Positions 36,643 through 47,573 of a stretch of DNA of 64,000 bases are shown here, one piece after another. A model generated the notes under the pieces. That model had not been told where the DNA came from. It worked only from the letters and a program-made list of their open reading frames with translations, and made no database searches. Position 1 is the stretch's first letter, and every line of letters starts with the position of its first letter. Source of the stretch: a virus (Duplodnaviria; Caudoviricetes); the IMG/VR virus record IMGVR_UViG_3300011008_000999. One strand, given 5' to 3'. Position numbers and translations under genes: made by a program.

Positions 36643-39600
36643 CTATTGTGTAGGATTCTTAGGTTTAATATTAAGCTTAATTGTAGGCTTAGGTGTCATA
36701 GGCTGATCTGCAGTCGTCTTATCTATATTAAGCTTAATCTGTGGCTTTTGACCTGGAATCTGATTTAATGCGGCTCCAATTCTTTCTCTATTAGATGGTT
36801 GTCCAAAATTAGGTTGTGAAGGACCACCAAAATTAGGTTGAGCAGGACCTGATGAAGTGAAATTAGGCTGTGCCTGACCAGTAGGTTGAGTAGGTTGTGT
36901 AGTATTGACCGATGTATTAGAAGGTCCAAACATTGCTTCTAATCCACTAAGTCCTAAATCAGGTGAATCTGCTTCTACAGGTTTACTTTCTGTAGGCTTA
37001 GCATCATTAGATTTCTTACCACCAAACTTAAATGTTACTGGTTCTTCTTCATCTTTCTTAGGTGGAGCTTCTGTCTTAGGTGCTTCTTCTGTTTTAGAGT
37101 GATCTTTGAAGAGCTCATCTTCATCAAGATCCTCATCCTCTTCAAACTCATCCTCTTCTTCGATCTCGTCTTCCTCTTCTTCAGGTTCCTCGCCAATCTT
37201 ATGCTGAAGTACCCAACCAGTATTTAACTCATCGAAGTTTTTACCTTGTCTCTTACATAACTCTACAAACACAGGATTATTGTAAGAAAGCTTCTGATCT
37301 TCATCGAACTCCCAGTCCATTTTTAGGTTGTTGTATAATTTGTAAAATTTTGTATAAATTGCTGGACTTCGTTTTTACTCCATAACACTATGTAGTTTAG
37401 CTTATTCTTTTTAGCACATTTACACTTTTGTACATCTTTATTAGTCCATACATATAACGCAACTTTATATTGTGGTCTAGTTTTTGCTTTATTTGTCCAA
37501 ATTTGTACTGTTTCTAAATCTTTTTTATTACGTTTATTAAAGAAATGTCCATTATGGTGCCAATAACCATTAATTTCAATAAACATATCATACGCAGGTA
37601 AATAAAAGTCACAATGAAATGGATAACGTACTTCTTTATACTGTGCTATATATTCAATCTTATTTTGTATAAAGAACTGTTCTAAAGTATCTTCTAGTTT
37701 AGAATAATTACCATTCTTTTTCATTGTATGTACAGCTTTCTTCCATAAAGTTGGATTTTGTACTGCACATTTATTACCATATTTAGTTATGTTAGTTTGA
37801 TTAGTTTTGGCTTTTATTTCTTGATTTTGTTGTGGATTTTCACATCCATACTTTTTAAGATTAGTATGTTTAATTTGTTCTTTTACATGCTCACTTTGAA
37901 ATGCATATTCTGTACCATATTTATTTAGACATGTTTCTTTAATCTTATCTTTTCCATAAGTAGAAGCATATACATTAGTGGCGCCATATTTATCTAGACA
38001 AGTTTGCTCATATTTTTGTCTAGTTTCAATATCTTTTTGAGCACATGAATTTCCACAATATGTACCATAACCAAGAACATTTCCAAAGAACTTAGTAGGC
38101 TTACCACACACTTTACATATACCATCTAAGCCTGATTTTACATATTTATCATAGTATTCTTTATCAGACATCTTATGTTTACGTAAATGAGATGTGATAC
38201 CTTTATTTTTAACATCTTGACCACAAATTTTACAAATCATAATTAACCTCGCTTTTACTTTCATAAAAGATTAGACTATATCATTACTCCTTTCGGAGAA
38301 CCTACTACTTCGCTTTAATAGATTTACACTAAGCTAATCTCACTTAGATACTAACCATAACTGGCGCTACTCTACTCACTTCGTATACTATTAAATAGTA
38401 TCTTATTTTCATCTGTATTTCAAGACCTATAGCTTTCGATAGTCGTTGAACCCATCTCTATTCGAGACTTGGCTGCTGATTTTCCATTCTTAAAACCCTT
38501 AGGACTCGCCATAACGTCCTTAGGTCATCTGTTTAATTTTTTCTACTTTCGTAGCGTTCACACCTGTGCATATTTCATCACTATGTTGTAGCTTAAACAG
38601 CTTTAGGTACGTATCATTATTTGATACTGTTCCAGCAATTCAATAGGTTTAAGGAGAACCACTGGGATTGTTAATTCTCCGGCTGTGTATAATATGTCTG
38701 AGTTTCGATAATCTCATTACCAGAACCAATAAAACCACGACCTTTAATCTGTGGTTTAGCTAACTGAGAAATATCCTTTTCGAACATAAGCTGAGAGGCA
38801 CCATCATCAAATCCACCAAGAAGAACTGACATCTGAATATTGTTCTTCAAGTCAGTAGAAATAGTAGAACCAGAAGCTCTCTGACATGCAAGTGCAAGGT
38901 GAACTGCTGCTGCACGACCAAGACGTGCAATAGATCCAAGCGCCTGTTTAACTATATCAACTGATTTATAGTCATCAGATGTCATAAGCTCATTCAACTC
39001 ATCTGCAAGGAAGAGCAATACTTTAGGTGTATAGATACCCTTTGTCATTCTGATAGTGTTCTTATCAATATATGAATTGTAGCCTTTTACTTCAGGTAAC
39101 TGAGGATTTCTTCCTTCCCACTTGCCTTCCATTATACCATCGTAAATTTTTTGAATAGTAGTAATAATAGGCTGACGTCCATCAGGATAAATAGCTTTCA
39201 TTTTGCTATAATTTCTATCAGATTCATCCAGGTCTACCATAAGCTCGAAGATTTCATCAAACTGAACCTTCTTACCCATAACTTCAAAATAATTTACTTC
39301 TTTATCTTTAATTTTATAAACATTATTGCGTAGATAACCAAGTATCAAACTCAGATTTAGTATAAAATACAAATAATTGTACTTTATTATGTTTAGCTAC
39401 TTTTAACTTATGTGTATCTCTAACTGTCCAAGTATGAATAGCATTTTCAAAATACTTAGATGTTTTAGATTTTTCTATCCACTCTGCTAACTTTTTACTA
39501 TCAGTTTTCTTATTATACGGATGTAATCCATGTGTCCAATGAAAGTTAAGTTCAATATAAATATCTTTAGATGGAATGTATAAATCGCATACAAAAGGAT

Positions 39601-42370
39601 ATTTAGTTGACTTATATCCATGTTTAGCATCTGGATAAATACTTAAAAGTTGCTTATAACATAAATCTTCTGTCTTTGATACCTTAAATGAATGATTCTT
39701 CTTTTTAGTCAGATAACTTTTATGTTTAATTTCAGCTTTTTCTTTATCTGACTTCGACATATATGCATCTCTATGCTTTTGACCAATAATCTTCATTTCT
39801 TCTTCAGTTTTACTATCAAATGTAGCTTGTCTTTTTGCGTAAATTGCTTTCTTTTCTTCATCAGATTTAGCATAATATTTGTCTGAAATTTTTTGCTTTA
39901 CTGATTCTGCAGCAAATGGACTTGTTGTTCCATATACCTTAAGACAAGTTTCTTTATACTTCTTACTATTATTATATGTTTCATCTCCATACTTTTCTTG
40001 ACAAGTAGATTTTCTTTTAAGAATAGATTTTTGTTTTTCATCATTTGTTCTATTTAATAAAGACTCACTCGTCTTATTTGGATTATTGTATGTAGGAGTT
40101 CCATACCTAATAGTTTTAGTAGTTTTAACTGAATCAGAATGTATAGTAGATTTATTTAAGCATGATCTAGAACAATACTTATTATAACCTTTGAAAATAT
40201 CTTTAAAGCTTGTAGGTTTACCACATACTGTACATATGCCTTTTCCAAAGTACATATCATAATATGTTTGTTGACTAACATTATGTTGTTCTAAATGTTT
40301 CTTAAACAACCTATTTGAAATTGGTTGATTACATATTCTACACATTGTTTCATTCATTCTAATCTCTCCTTAGACTATATCTTTACCTTCAACTTAATGG
40401 TCAGGTAGTCACCGCTTCGCTTTCGCTACTCCTTTTCAGGATAGTCGTTGAACTTTCCTCTATTCGAGACTTAGCTGCTGATTGCTCATTATTTCAGTGT
40501 TTAGGATTTAACCATGCACCATCTTAATGTTTCTTTCTACTTTCGTCGCATTCACACTTACGTATATTTCATCGTTATGTTGTAGCACATTAAGCATTAG
40601 AGTTGTCGTCCCAGCAATTCAATGACCATATTCTTGCGCATATTTCTATACGCCCAGGCCAATAATTTTATAAAATCAACCTGCATCTGTTCCATGAACT
40701 TAAATCGGTCCATCATAATCTGTTGGAAATTTGCTACAGCGTCTGCGGCCGTAGGTACATCCAAAGCTACTCCTTTTACGCCCTTTCGGATAACTTCATA
40801 TTTTTCAATACAAACCTGACTATATCTCGTATCTAAAATGATTATCTAAACTGATTATACCATTGATTATCTCCAAATTTTTCTATACAGTAATCCAAAT
40901 ATTTCTGAATATCAGATCTTACCCAAAGAACTACATTATGCGCATCCATACGTTGCTGTTTTGCTTTATCTTTTAATGTAAGATCTTCATCTAGAAACTG
41001 ATCACCTTTAATTTCAATAATTTCATCTTCAATAATAAAATCTGGAAAATAATAGCATTCTTTACCTTCATCATTAGTATATTTGAATCTGAGTGGTTCT
41101 CTTTCGATATGGATTTTATGGTCTATACAATAGATATATACTGCTAATTCCCAAGAACTATCAAAATTTAGAGAATCATACTTATAATGTTTCATAGTTT
41201 TTACATGAATCTCATGATTTTGTTGTGGATTTTCACATCCAAATCTTTGTAAATTAGTTTCTTTTATCTTTTGTTTACCATATTCAGAACCCCCATACAT
41301 TTTCTGTACCATAGCGTTCTTGCATAGTCTGTTTAGATTTTTCTTTTACAGTTTCACCTTGTAAAGAACATGTATTACCATATCTAGACATATTTGTGGA
41401 TTGTGTTTTTAATTTGATTTCTGGTCTTTGCTGTGCATTTTCTACACCATATTTCTTTAAGTTAGCCTCTTTAATCTTTTGCTTTACTGCATCAGCAGCA
41501 TAAGGATTGCTAACTCCATATTTTGATTGTATTGTTTGTTTAACTTTATCTTGTGTTTCTTTAGTAGAAAAAGATGTAGGATAACCATATTTCTTTATAT
41601 TAGTATCTAATCTTTTGATTTGAACATTTTTATCATTATTCATACAGTTCTTATCACAATGTTGTCTATAACCAGATTTCATACTAATAAATTCTGTTGG
41701 TTTACCACAAGTAAGACAAACTCCTTCTTTATCAGATTTTATGTACAGATCATAATACTCTTTATTAGTCAAATTATGATGTTTTACATGCCATGACATT
41801 GATTTATCAGATTCAAATTCTTCTCCACATATTTTACATATAATCATTTCAAATACTCCTATCACTTTCAACTGTAACTCATCTTCAGTCGTACTCTCCT
41901 CACGGAGATAGTCGATACACCTTCAATTAAGCTTGGCACGGTATTACCTGCTATCTTACGAAAGACCGTAGGATCTCTTAGTCAGCTGCTTCGTCTATGG
42001 CCTAAGGCTATATATCTTGTTGTAACACTTCATATAGCAGTCTTATTCAACTGATACCGTTAGCAATATAGAATAAGATCTATATCACACCCTTGAGTAA
42101 TGAGGTTCAATAGGAATGCGCAAAGCTACTTACGCCACGTAAAAGGTTAAATTCTACTCTTTTACAGTCCACACCTACAAGTTGGAATCGATCTGAGTAT
42201 CTAGATACATGGCCTACGATACTCTGTTCACAAACAGATTTACCTGAATTGTGGAATACCGTTCCATCAGGCATTAAGTACATAGGGTCATCTTCTAGTG
42301 AGAATCCAAAGTAAGTGTCGGTTTTCTTTAGTGGTCGTACTTCAAAATCGACCTGTTTAACCACACTCAT
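36643..42370 (-). CDS. FtsK/SpoIIIE ATPase C-half with 41-aa intein C-tag; exons 42370-42132, 40786-40679, 39328-38674, 37317-36643 (558 aa spliced)
   Basis: ...DGTVFHN|SGKS; Walker B LFLADE; IARLGRAAAVHLALACQR; exon joins keep frame (LRGV-KGVKG, QMQV-NNVY, QPEN-DWEF). Confidence 0.88.
37318..38673 (-). mobile_element. Group I intron 3
   Basis: 5' exon GGAGAAU pairs with IGS GUUCUCC; UCCCAGU pairs with 3' exon (G)ACUGGGA (P10); P7 GACUA/UAGUC; terminal G. Confidence 0.88.
37323..38264 (-). CDS. Intron 3 homing endonuclease (Zn finger + KYG repeats + PD-(D/E)XK/Vsr-like domain)
   Basis: CKICG, KYG repeats, CDFYLP..IEING.WHH; lies after the S element. Confidence 0.8.
   Translation of the reverse strand: MKVKARLIMICKICGQDVKNKGITSHLRKHKMSDKEYYDKYVKSGLDGICKVCGKPTKFFGNVLGYGTYCGNSCAQKDIETRQKYEQTCLDKYGATNVYASTYGKDKIKETCLNKYGTEYAFQSEHVKEQIKHTNLKKYGCENPQQNQEIKAKTNQTNITKYGNKCAVQNPTLWKKAVHTMKKNGNYSKLEDTLEQFFIQNKIEYIAQYKEVRYPFHCDFYLPAYDMFIEINGYWHHNGHFFNKRNKKDLETVQIWTNKAKTRPQYKVALYVWTNKDVQKCKCAKKNKLNYIVLWSKNEVQQFIQNFTNYTTT
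39323..40357 (-). CDS. Intron 2 homing endonuclease
   Basis: Zn fingers, KYG repeats, CDLYIP..IELN.HWTH; its stop codon lies in exon 3. Confidence 0.8.
   Translation of the reverse strand: MNETMCRICNQPISNRLFKKHLEQHNVSQQTYYDMYFGKGICTVCGKPTSFKDIFKGYNKYCSRSCLNKSTIHSDSVKTTKTIRYGTPTYNNPNKTSESLLNRTNDEKQKSILKRKSTCQEKYGDETYNNSKKYKETCLKVYGTTSPFAAESVKQKISDKYYAKSDEEKKAIYAKRQATFDSKTEEEMKIIGQKHRDAYMSKSDKEKAEIKHKSYLTKKKNHSFKVSKTEDLCYKQLLSIYPDAKHGYKSTKYPFVCDLYIPSKDIYIELNFHWTHGLHPYNKKTDSKKLAEWIEKSKTSKYFENAIHTWTVRDTHKLKVAKHNKVQLFVFYTKSEFDTWLSTQ
39329..40678 (-). mobile_element. Group I intron 2
   Basis: Exon CAGGU pairs with IGS GCCUG; UUAUUG pairs with 3' exon CAAUAA; AAGAUAUAGUC S element; core similar to intron 3. 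Confidence 0.88.
40787..42131 (-). mobile_element. Group I intron 1
   Basis: Exon GCGU pairs with IGS GCGC; CUUU pairs with 3' exon AAAG; R element UCGACUA before and S element GAGAUAUAGUC after the ORF. Confidence 0.85.
40842..41871 (-). CDS. Intron 1 homing endonuclease, split into two ORFs by one extra G in a G-run near 41290
   Basis: Zn finger and KYG repeats in 41284-41871; YFPDF..IEIKG PD-(D/E)XK motif in 40842-41312. Confidence 0.75.
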
Positions 42371-42531
42371 ATAATAATTTTCCTCCTTTGCTAATAATAG
42401 CATTAAGCTTATATTATTAAATAGCTTCTTAGCAACAATCCCAGTTATATAGAATATCTGAGAAGTCATGTTGTTTAAGTTTAGCTCCGTTAATAAAAAA
42501 GTTTGCTACACTACAATCTCCCCATAACATA

Positions 42532-42623
42532 ATAGAATAACCTCTGCCTACGCAGAGAAAACTTATTACTGTAGTCATGAATCTAATTACATATAGAATA
42601 ACCTCTGCCTACGCAGAGAAAAC
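42532..42623 (-). CRISPR. CRISPR mini-array, 2 repeats and 1 spacer, type I-E-like; no cas genes in window
   Basis: Identical repeats GTTTTCTCTGCGTAGGCAGAGGTTATTCT(AT) at 42593-42623 and 42532-42562, 61-bp period, internal palindrome CTCTGC-GTAG-GCAGAG. Confidence 0.75.
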
Positions 42624-42924
42624 ATTGCCAGTAATTATCTAATGTAAGTATTCCTACGACTATTTGAACTCCTATAAACAAAAATGGAATTATAGGATGC
42701 CATTTGTGAATTTTAATTTTATCTTTATATATATAAATGAATGATCTCACACAAATTACAATATATAAATATACAGTTGGCATATCTTTATTAAGATAAT
42801 AGCACAAACCATTAAAGAAATTGAATAGAAAAGTCACTAAAAATATATTTTTTGTTTTTTCTGTTGTCGCTATATAATATTGAATTATACATACGATTAT
42901 TTGTGTTAAGATCAATTTTATCAT
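42583..42924 (-). pseudogene. YgjV-like membrane protein, 3' end apparently replaced by the CRISPR mini-array
   Basis: Multiple hydrophobic segments; reading frame runs through a repeat and stops in the spacer. Confidence 0.45.
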
Positions 42925-42947
42925 AATAATTTCCCTACCAAAATTTG

Positions 42948-43574
42948 TTATCGGTTATCACAGCTAACTAATAACAAGAATAAGTCTTTGTCTAAAGTAT
43001 CTGAACATAATATTTGATATGCGTTATATTTTGATTTTGCTGATCTATAAGGTCGATCTTCAGTCATAGCGTCATATCGATCACATAAAGATACTAGTCT
43101 AGTGGCAGTATCAATATCACGAAGATTGTCTGGATAACCAGTTCCATCACAACTTTCATGATGATGTAATACAATATCTTTAACTAAATCTGAGAAATGA
43201 ATTGGACATGCTGGTGTAGAAGATGCTTCTAACTCTAATAATTTATTATATCCTAGTTTTGGATGTTCCATAAGAATGCGAACTTCTTCTATAGTGAGCT
43301 CGTCCTTCTTATGAAGTACTTCTTTTGGAATATCCAACTTTCCGATATCATGTAATAATGCACCACGAATACAATCCATTTTATCATAGATTAAATCGGT
43401 TCTCATATCTTTACCAATTTGAGAATAACAAATTTCTGCTGTTAAATGCGCTACATTAAGTGAATGTCTAAATACTTCTGGTAATGTTTCAGACATTTGA
43501 TGCATAACTCTTGCTATTCCAGGTTCAACTAAGATTCTAGCCACTAGAAGATTAAGCGGATCTTGGTTATTCAT
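42948..43574 (-). CDS. HD-GYP cyclic-dinucleotide phosphodiesterase
   Basis: HS..VA, HDIGK, HHE..DGTGYP and D.YDAM..RPYR motifs. Confidence 0.9.
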   Translation of the reverse strand: MNNQDPLNLLVARILVEPGIARVMHQMSETLPEVFRHSLNVAHLTAEICYSQIGKDMRTDLIYDKMDCIRGALLHDIGKLDIPKEVLHKKDELTIEEVRILMEHPKLGYNKLLELEASSTPACPIHFSDLVKDIVLHHHESCDGTGYPDNLRDIDTATRLVSLCDRYDAMTEDRPYRSAKSKYNAYQILCSDTLDKDLFLLLVSCDNR

Positions 43575-43590
43575 GGTAATCTCCTAAAAT

Positions 43591-43629
43591 AAAAAATGGG
43601 TGCAAGCCCATGCAGACCTGCACCCATTT
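43591..43629 (-). terminator. Intrinsic terminator
   Basis: AAATGGGTGCA/TGCACCCATTT stem with T-tail. Confidence 0.7.
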
Positions 43630-43651
43630 GAATCATTGAGTTATTTATTTA

Positions 43652-44089
43652 TTACTCAGCCTTAGGAGCTTCTGCCTTGGGAACTACCTTTGTCTCCGGA
43701 GCAGGCTTAACAGCCTTCTTCTCAACCTTTGCAGCAGGATTAACTGCCTTCTTTGCAGCAGCTTCCTTTGCCTTAGCAGCGTCAGCCTTTGCCTTCTCAG
43801 CTGCCTTCTTTGCAGCTTCCTTTGCCTTAAGTGCAGCAGCCTTCTCAGCTTCCTTAACCTTAACTGTAGCAGCCTTTACTGCAGCCTTAGCAGCAACTGC
43901 CTTAGTCTTTGCTTTAGCGGCAACATCAGCAGCCTTAGTAGCTTCCTTATCGGCTACCTTTGCAGCAGCTTCTGCCTTCTTAAGAGCTTCCTGAGCCTTT
44001 ACAACTGCCTTGTCAACCACCTTTGCGGCCTTTTTAGCAACTGGCTTCTTCGCCTCAACCTTCGTAGTTACGTTTTCTGTCTTTGCCAT
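43652..44089 (-). CDS. Lys/Ala-rich histone H1-like protein
   Basis: Low-complexity AKKAA repeats; likely start MAKTENV after RBS GAAAGGAAG. Confidence 0.7.
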   Translation of the reverse strand: MAKTENVTTKVEAKKPVAKKAAKVVDKAVVKAQEALKKAEAAAKVADKEATKAADVAAKAKTKAVAAKAAVKAATVKVKEAEKAAALKAKEAAKKAAEKAKADAAKAKEAAAKKAVNPAAKVEKKAVKPAPETKVVPKAEAPKAE

Positions 44090-44631
44090 AATTTTCTTCC
44101 TTTCAATATTAAAAGTTTTTGTGTTATTTATGCTAACCTCATAGAGGATTAACAATCTACTATAAATCTTTTTAGTGACCAATCGCCACTATGATAAGTT
44201 AAAAGGCCAATTGGAATTTTCAAAGTTCCGACAATACTTGCAATTACTAACAATACTCGTGTATTTATTACACATGAACTTTTTTCTTTTTTAGCCTTTA
44301 ACTTATCTGTCCTGACATATACATCAGTAATATTAAATAGCTTTTCGTTAAGATTAGCAATATCAGGTATATTTTCTATTTTGAAATATCCTTTTTGCAA
44401 GTTATACGTTGCAATTGCTCGGCTATAATCTAAATCAAATGTTTGACATACTAATTTACATGCGTCTTCTAACTCTGATCGTAATCCATCTTTCATCTTT
44501 AATCGAAGAATAACGTTAGCAATATAATTGGTGCAAGTGATACCCACACAATAATTGTTTCAGTCATTCTATACTCCTCTATTTACTCATTAAATAGCCA
44601 ATCATGACTATTTAATGAGCATTCTATATTT

Positions 44632-45135
44632 TTAATCGATCATCCATGCAAGATCAATAAGTCTCTTATAAGAACTATAATCATAAACTTCTTCAACTGG
44701 TTTATGTCTCACTTTTCTTGCAGTTAATTTCTTACAGTATTTCTGTATATTAGTGCTGTTTGCTCTTCTGAGTCTCTTAGGAATCTCAACGTATTCACCG
44801 CCATAATGTCTTTTTCTATCATGAGCAGGAATAACTTTTCTTTCAGTAACGAAAGGCATACGATAGGTTTTTTCAGAAATTTCACCATTATCATCTATAT
44901 ATTTGATGGTAATATATCTATACTCTTTCTTTTCCTCGACCTGTTCAGGAATATGATCAATTGCTATATGTCCTACATATTTTCTATCCTTGACTCAGTA
45001 ACCTCTAGCATAAGCATACTCACCATTTGCTGCCTTCTTAAATCTATCCTTCTTCTTCAATGCAGTTTCTTTTCTTCTAAGACTTGCAATAAGTTTTGAT
45101 TTCTTTACACCAGGGATAGCTTTTACTTTTGACAT
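44632..45135 (-). pseudogene. Basic hypothetical gene with one in-frame TGA (44997-44995)
   Basis: MSKVKAIPG...RGY*VKDRK continues in frame into ORF 44632-44859. Confidence 0.6.
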
Positions 45136-45273
45136 AAATCGCACCTCTTATTTAATTATGTATTTTAATATGTCCATATTTAATTGTAAATAGTTTTTCT
45201 AAAAAATTTTAGAAACTTTTTAAGATTTAGCCACTTTAAGCCACTTATTATTTTAATTCATTTATGACTTAAC

Positions 45274-46146
45274 TTATTCTACTACATGAACTGTCTGATT
45301 ATAAGAACCACCATCAGTTGAAGTCCACTTAATTGTATAATCACCAGGCGCAGTAATATCTTTAGTAAGAACACCTGAGATTTCACCAGTACCATAGTAA
45401 TGTACATACTGCTTAGCCATATCTAATACTTCTGCAGAATGATTAGACATAGACCACTCAAACCACTCACCATTAATAATAGCTGCAGTAGTTTCCTCAG
45501 TAATAGTTACAGTAAATACGGCATAATTAAGAGGTACATAAGTTCCATCATCCATTAATCTAACCCAAGCACATGTGTAGACACCAGGTGTATTAAAGTC
45601 TACATTATCTATTACTGGGAAAGTATTAGGATATGCTGAAGTTCCTTTAGTAATTTCAGAAATTGCAGTATTGTAATCAACTCCTTTGGGAAGAACTACA
45701 CTATGGCATTTAGAAACAGCTAATCCTGAATAAGGATCTGGTTCTGCAATAGAGATTTCAATTGAATCTGATACCTCATCTATAGAAGCTATAATTGTAG
45801 CAGTTCCATAGTTTACTATTTCAATCATACCTGTTTCATTTACAGTAATAACTGATTCATCGCTAGTAGTCCAGATAACTTCCTTATTAGTAGTATCTTC
45901 TGGTAAAATAGTTACGTCTAACTGCAAGATATCACCTTTACGTAATTTATCTATTTCACCAATTTTGATTGATTCTGCAGTAATAACTACTTCTTCAGGT
46001 TCTTCTTCAATTATTTCTTCAATAGGTTCTTCCTCAACAATAACCTTGTCAGGAATTGGATCAGTGATTTTATGCTCAACATTAGAACAACCAGCTAAAC
46101 ATAAAACACATGATAGAACTGCGATAGATGCAAATGTCTTTTTCAT
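45274..46146 (-). CDS. Lipoprotein with bacterial Ig-like (Big_2) domain
   Basis: Lipobox LAGC; P.DTTNKEVIWTTSDESVITVNETG. Confidence 0.8.
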   Translation of the reverse strand: MKKTFASIAVLSCVLCLAGCSNVEHKITDPIPDKVIVEEEPIEEIIEEEPEEVVITAESIKIGEIDKLRKGDILQLDVTILPEDTTNKEVIWTTSDESVITVNETGMIEIVNYGTATIIASIDEVSDSIEISIAEPDPYSGLAVSKCHSVVLPKGVDYNTAISEITKGTSAYPNTFPVIDNVDFNTPGVYTCAWVRLMDDGTYVPLNYAVFTVTITEETTAAIINGEWFEWSMSNHSAEVLDMAKQYVHYYGTGEISGVLTKDITAPGDYTIKWTSTDGGSYNQTVHVVE

Positions 46147-46187
46147 AGTCTTTCTTAAATTCCTTTCTGTTTATACTCCCTAATTTT

Positions 46188-47288
46188 TTATGGCTTAAAA
46201 TATTTGGTATTTTCTGAGTTAGAGTCTGGTGTGATTTTCAATAAATAATTTGCATCTTTAGGAATTTCATACCAACCTTCACCTGAAGTCCAAATAGTGC
46301 CAGCTTTTACATTTATCATTTCTGGTGAAATATCACGTAATGTGTACTGTAAATTCAAATATCCTTTAATTCCTGCACCATCGTCTTTAATATTACAGAA
46401 AGTAATCGGAATTTGAATATCAGTAATTCTATTTCCATTCATAGTAAAGCTACTTGGGAAAAATACTGAATATCTATATACCGCCCATTGACAATCAACT
46501 TCATGCTGTAAATAAACTTTCTCATTTCGATGCGCTATATCTTTACTATTATTATAGTCTTTGATTACATTATCAGCTAAATAACCAGTTTCTACCTCAG
46601 TTATACTTATACATATAGGTTCGTAATCATCAACTGCTGGATTATAGACCATAGTACTAACCCATTCACCAAGTCTTGCAGGTGATTCTAGACTACCTTC
46701 TACTATTACACTTTGATCTTCTAATGGTAATGGAGCTTCACACTCTTCATTAACCATAAATGAAAGATTCTGCAATGCATCTTCTATAGAAAGTGGTTCC
46801 TTTGAAGTATTTACAATACTCATACCTATAGTATACTTATCTATTTCAGTATAAAATACTCGCATATAAGTATTAGGATCATCTGCTAAAGAGGCATTAG
46901 AAATAGTCCAGCTATCACTAACTCGACTACAATCATGTGCAATACTAAAATTGTCATCATTTAATTCGAACACTGAAACAGTTTTATTTACATTACCTTC
47001 AGTATCTTTTCGCTTAAATTCACCAATATAGTATTTATTATCTTGAATTAGTAAGACTGACGGATCAGTAGATTCAAAATCACTAGTCAAGTTGAGCGCC
47101 AATAAAATATTATCAGTGAATTGATTATACTCAAGATCATATTCATGACAATCAAATCTTGCTACTTGAATTTGAGGTTGTTCTTCTATAAGTTCAGTAG
47201 ATTCTTTAGAACAGGCACATAAGCCTAATACTAAAGATAAACAACCTAAAATTGCTATCCACTTTTTCATAATACATTTTCCTTTCAA
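46188..47288 (-). CDS. Lipoprotein, unknown function
   Basis: Signal peptide with lipobox LCAC. Confidence 0.65.
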   Translation of the reverse strand: MKGKCIMKKWIAILGCLSLVLGLCACSKESTELIEEQPQIQVARFDCHEYDLEYNQFTDNILLALNLTSDFESTDPSVLLIQDNKYYIGEFKRKDTEGNVNKTVSVFELNDDNFSIAHDCSRVSDSWTISNASLADDPNTYMRVFYTEIDKYTIGMSIVNTSKEPLSIEDALQNLSFMVNEECEAPLPLEDQSVIVEGSLESPARLGEWVSTMVYNPAVDDYEPICISITEVETGYLADNVIKDYNNSKDIAHRNEKVYLQHEVDCQWAVYRYSVFFPSSFTMNGNRITDIQIPITFCNIKDDGAGIKGYLNLQYTLRDISPEMINVKAGTIWTSGEGWYEIPKDANYLLKITPDSNSENTKYFKP

Positions 47289-47573
47289 AATAAAAAACAG
47301 GAAAAGTATTACTTATCTTCTCCTGTTAAGAAATAATTTGGATAATTCTGTTTAGTTTCGTTAATATACTCTTTAATCTTTTCTACACAAAGTTGAATAT
47401 CTTTATCAACTTCCATTCCACCCTCGTATAAGATTAGTTCGGCACCAGCATAAACTAGACTATAGAATGTATCTGGATCTTCTGCTACTGGAATTCCTTG
47501 TCGTTTTAACTCAGTAGCTAACATATTTGCAATGGTTGTACACTGCAAAGTGTTTGAAATACTTGCCATCTTT

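Noticed and set aside
36643-39372. ORFs 36643-37320 and 38671-39372 as independent genes
   Set aside because: They are exons 4 and 3 of the FtsK gene; their apparent starts lie inside introns.
42371-42469. N-terminal extension MTSQIFY... of ORF 42107-42469
   Set aside because: A strong AGGAGG RBS precedes ATG 42370; the extension covers a promoter-like region.
43652-44089. Tandem DNA repeat or array in the higher-GC patch
   Set aside because: Explained by Ala/Lys codon repetition in a histone-like protein.
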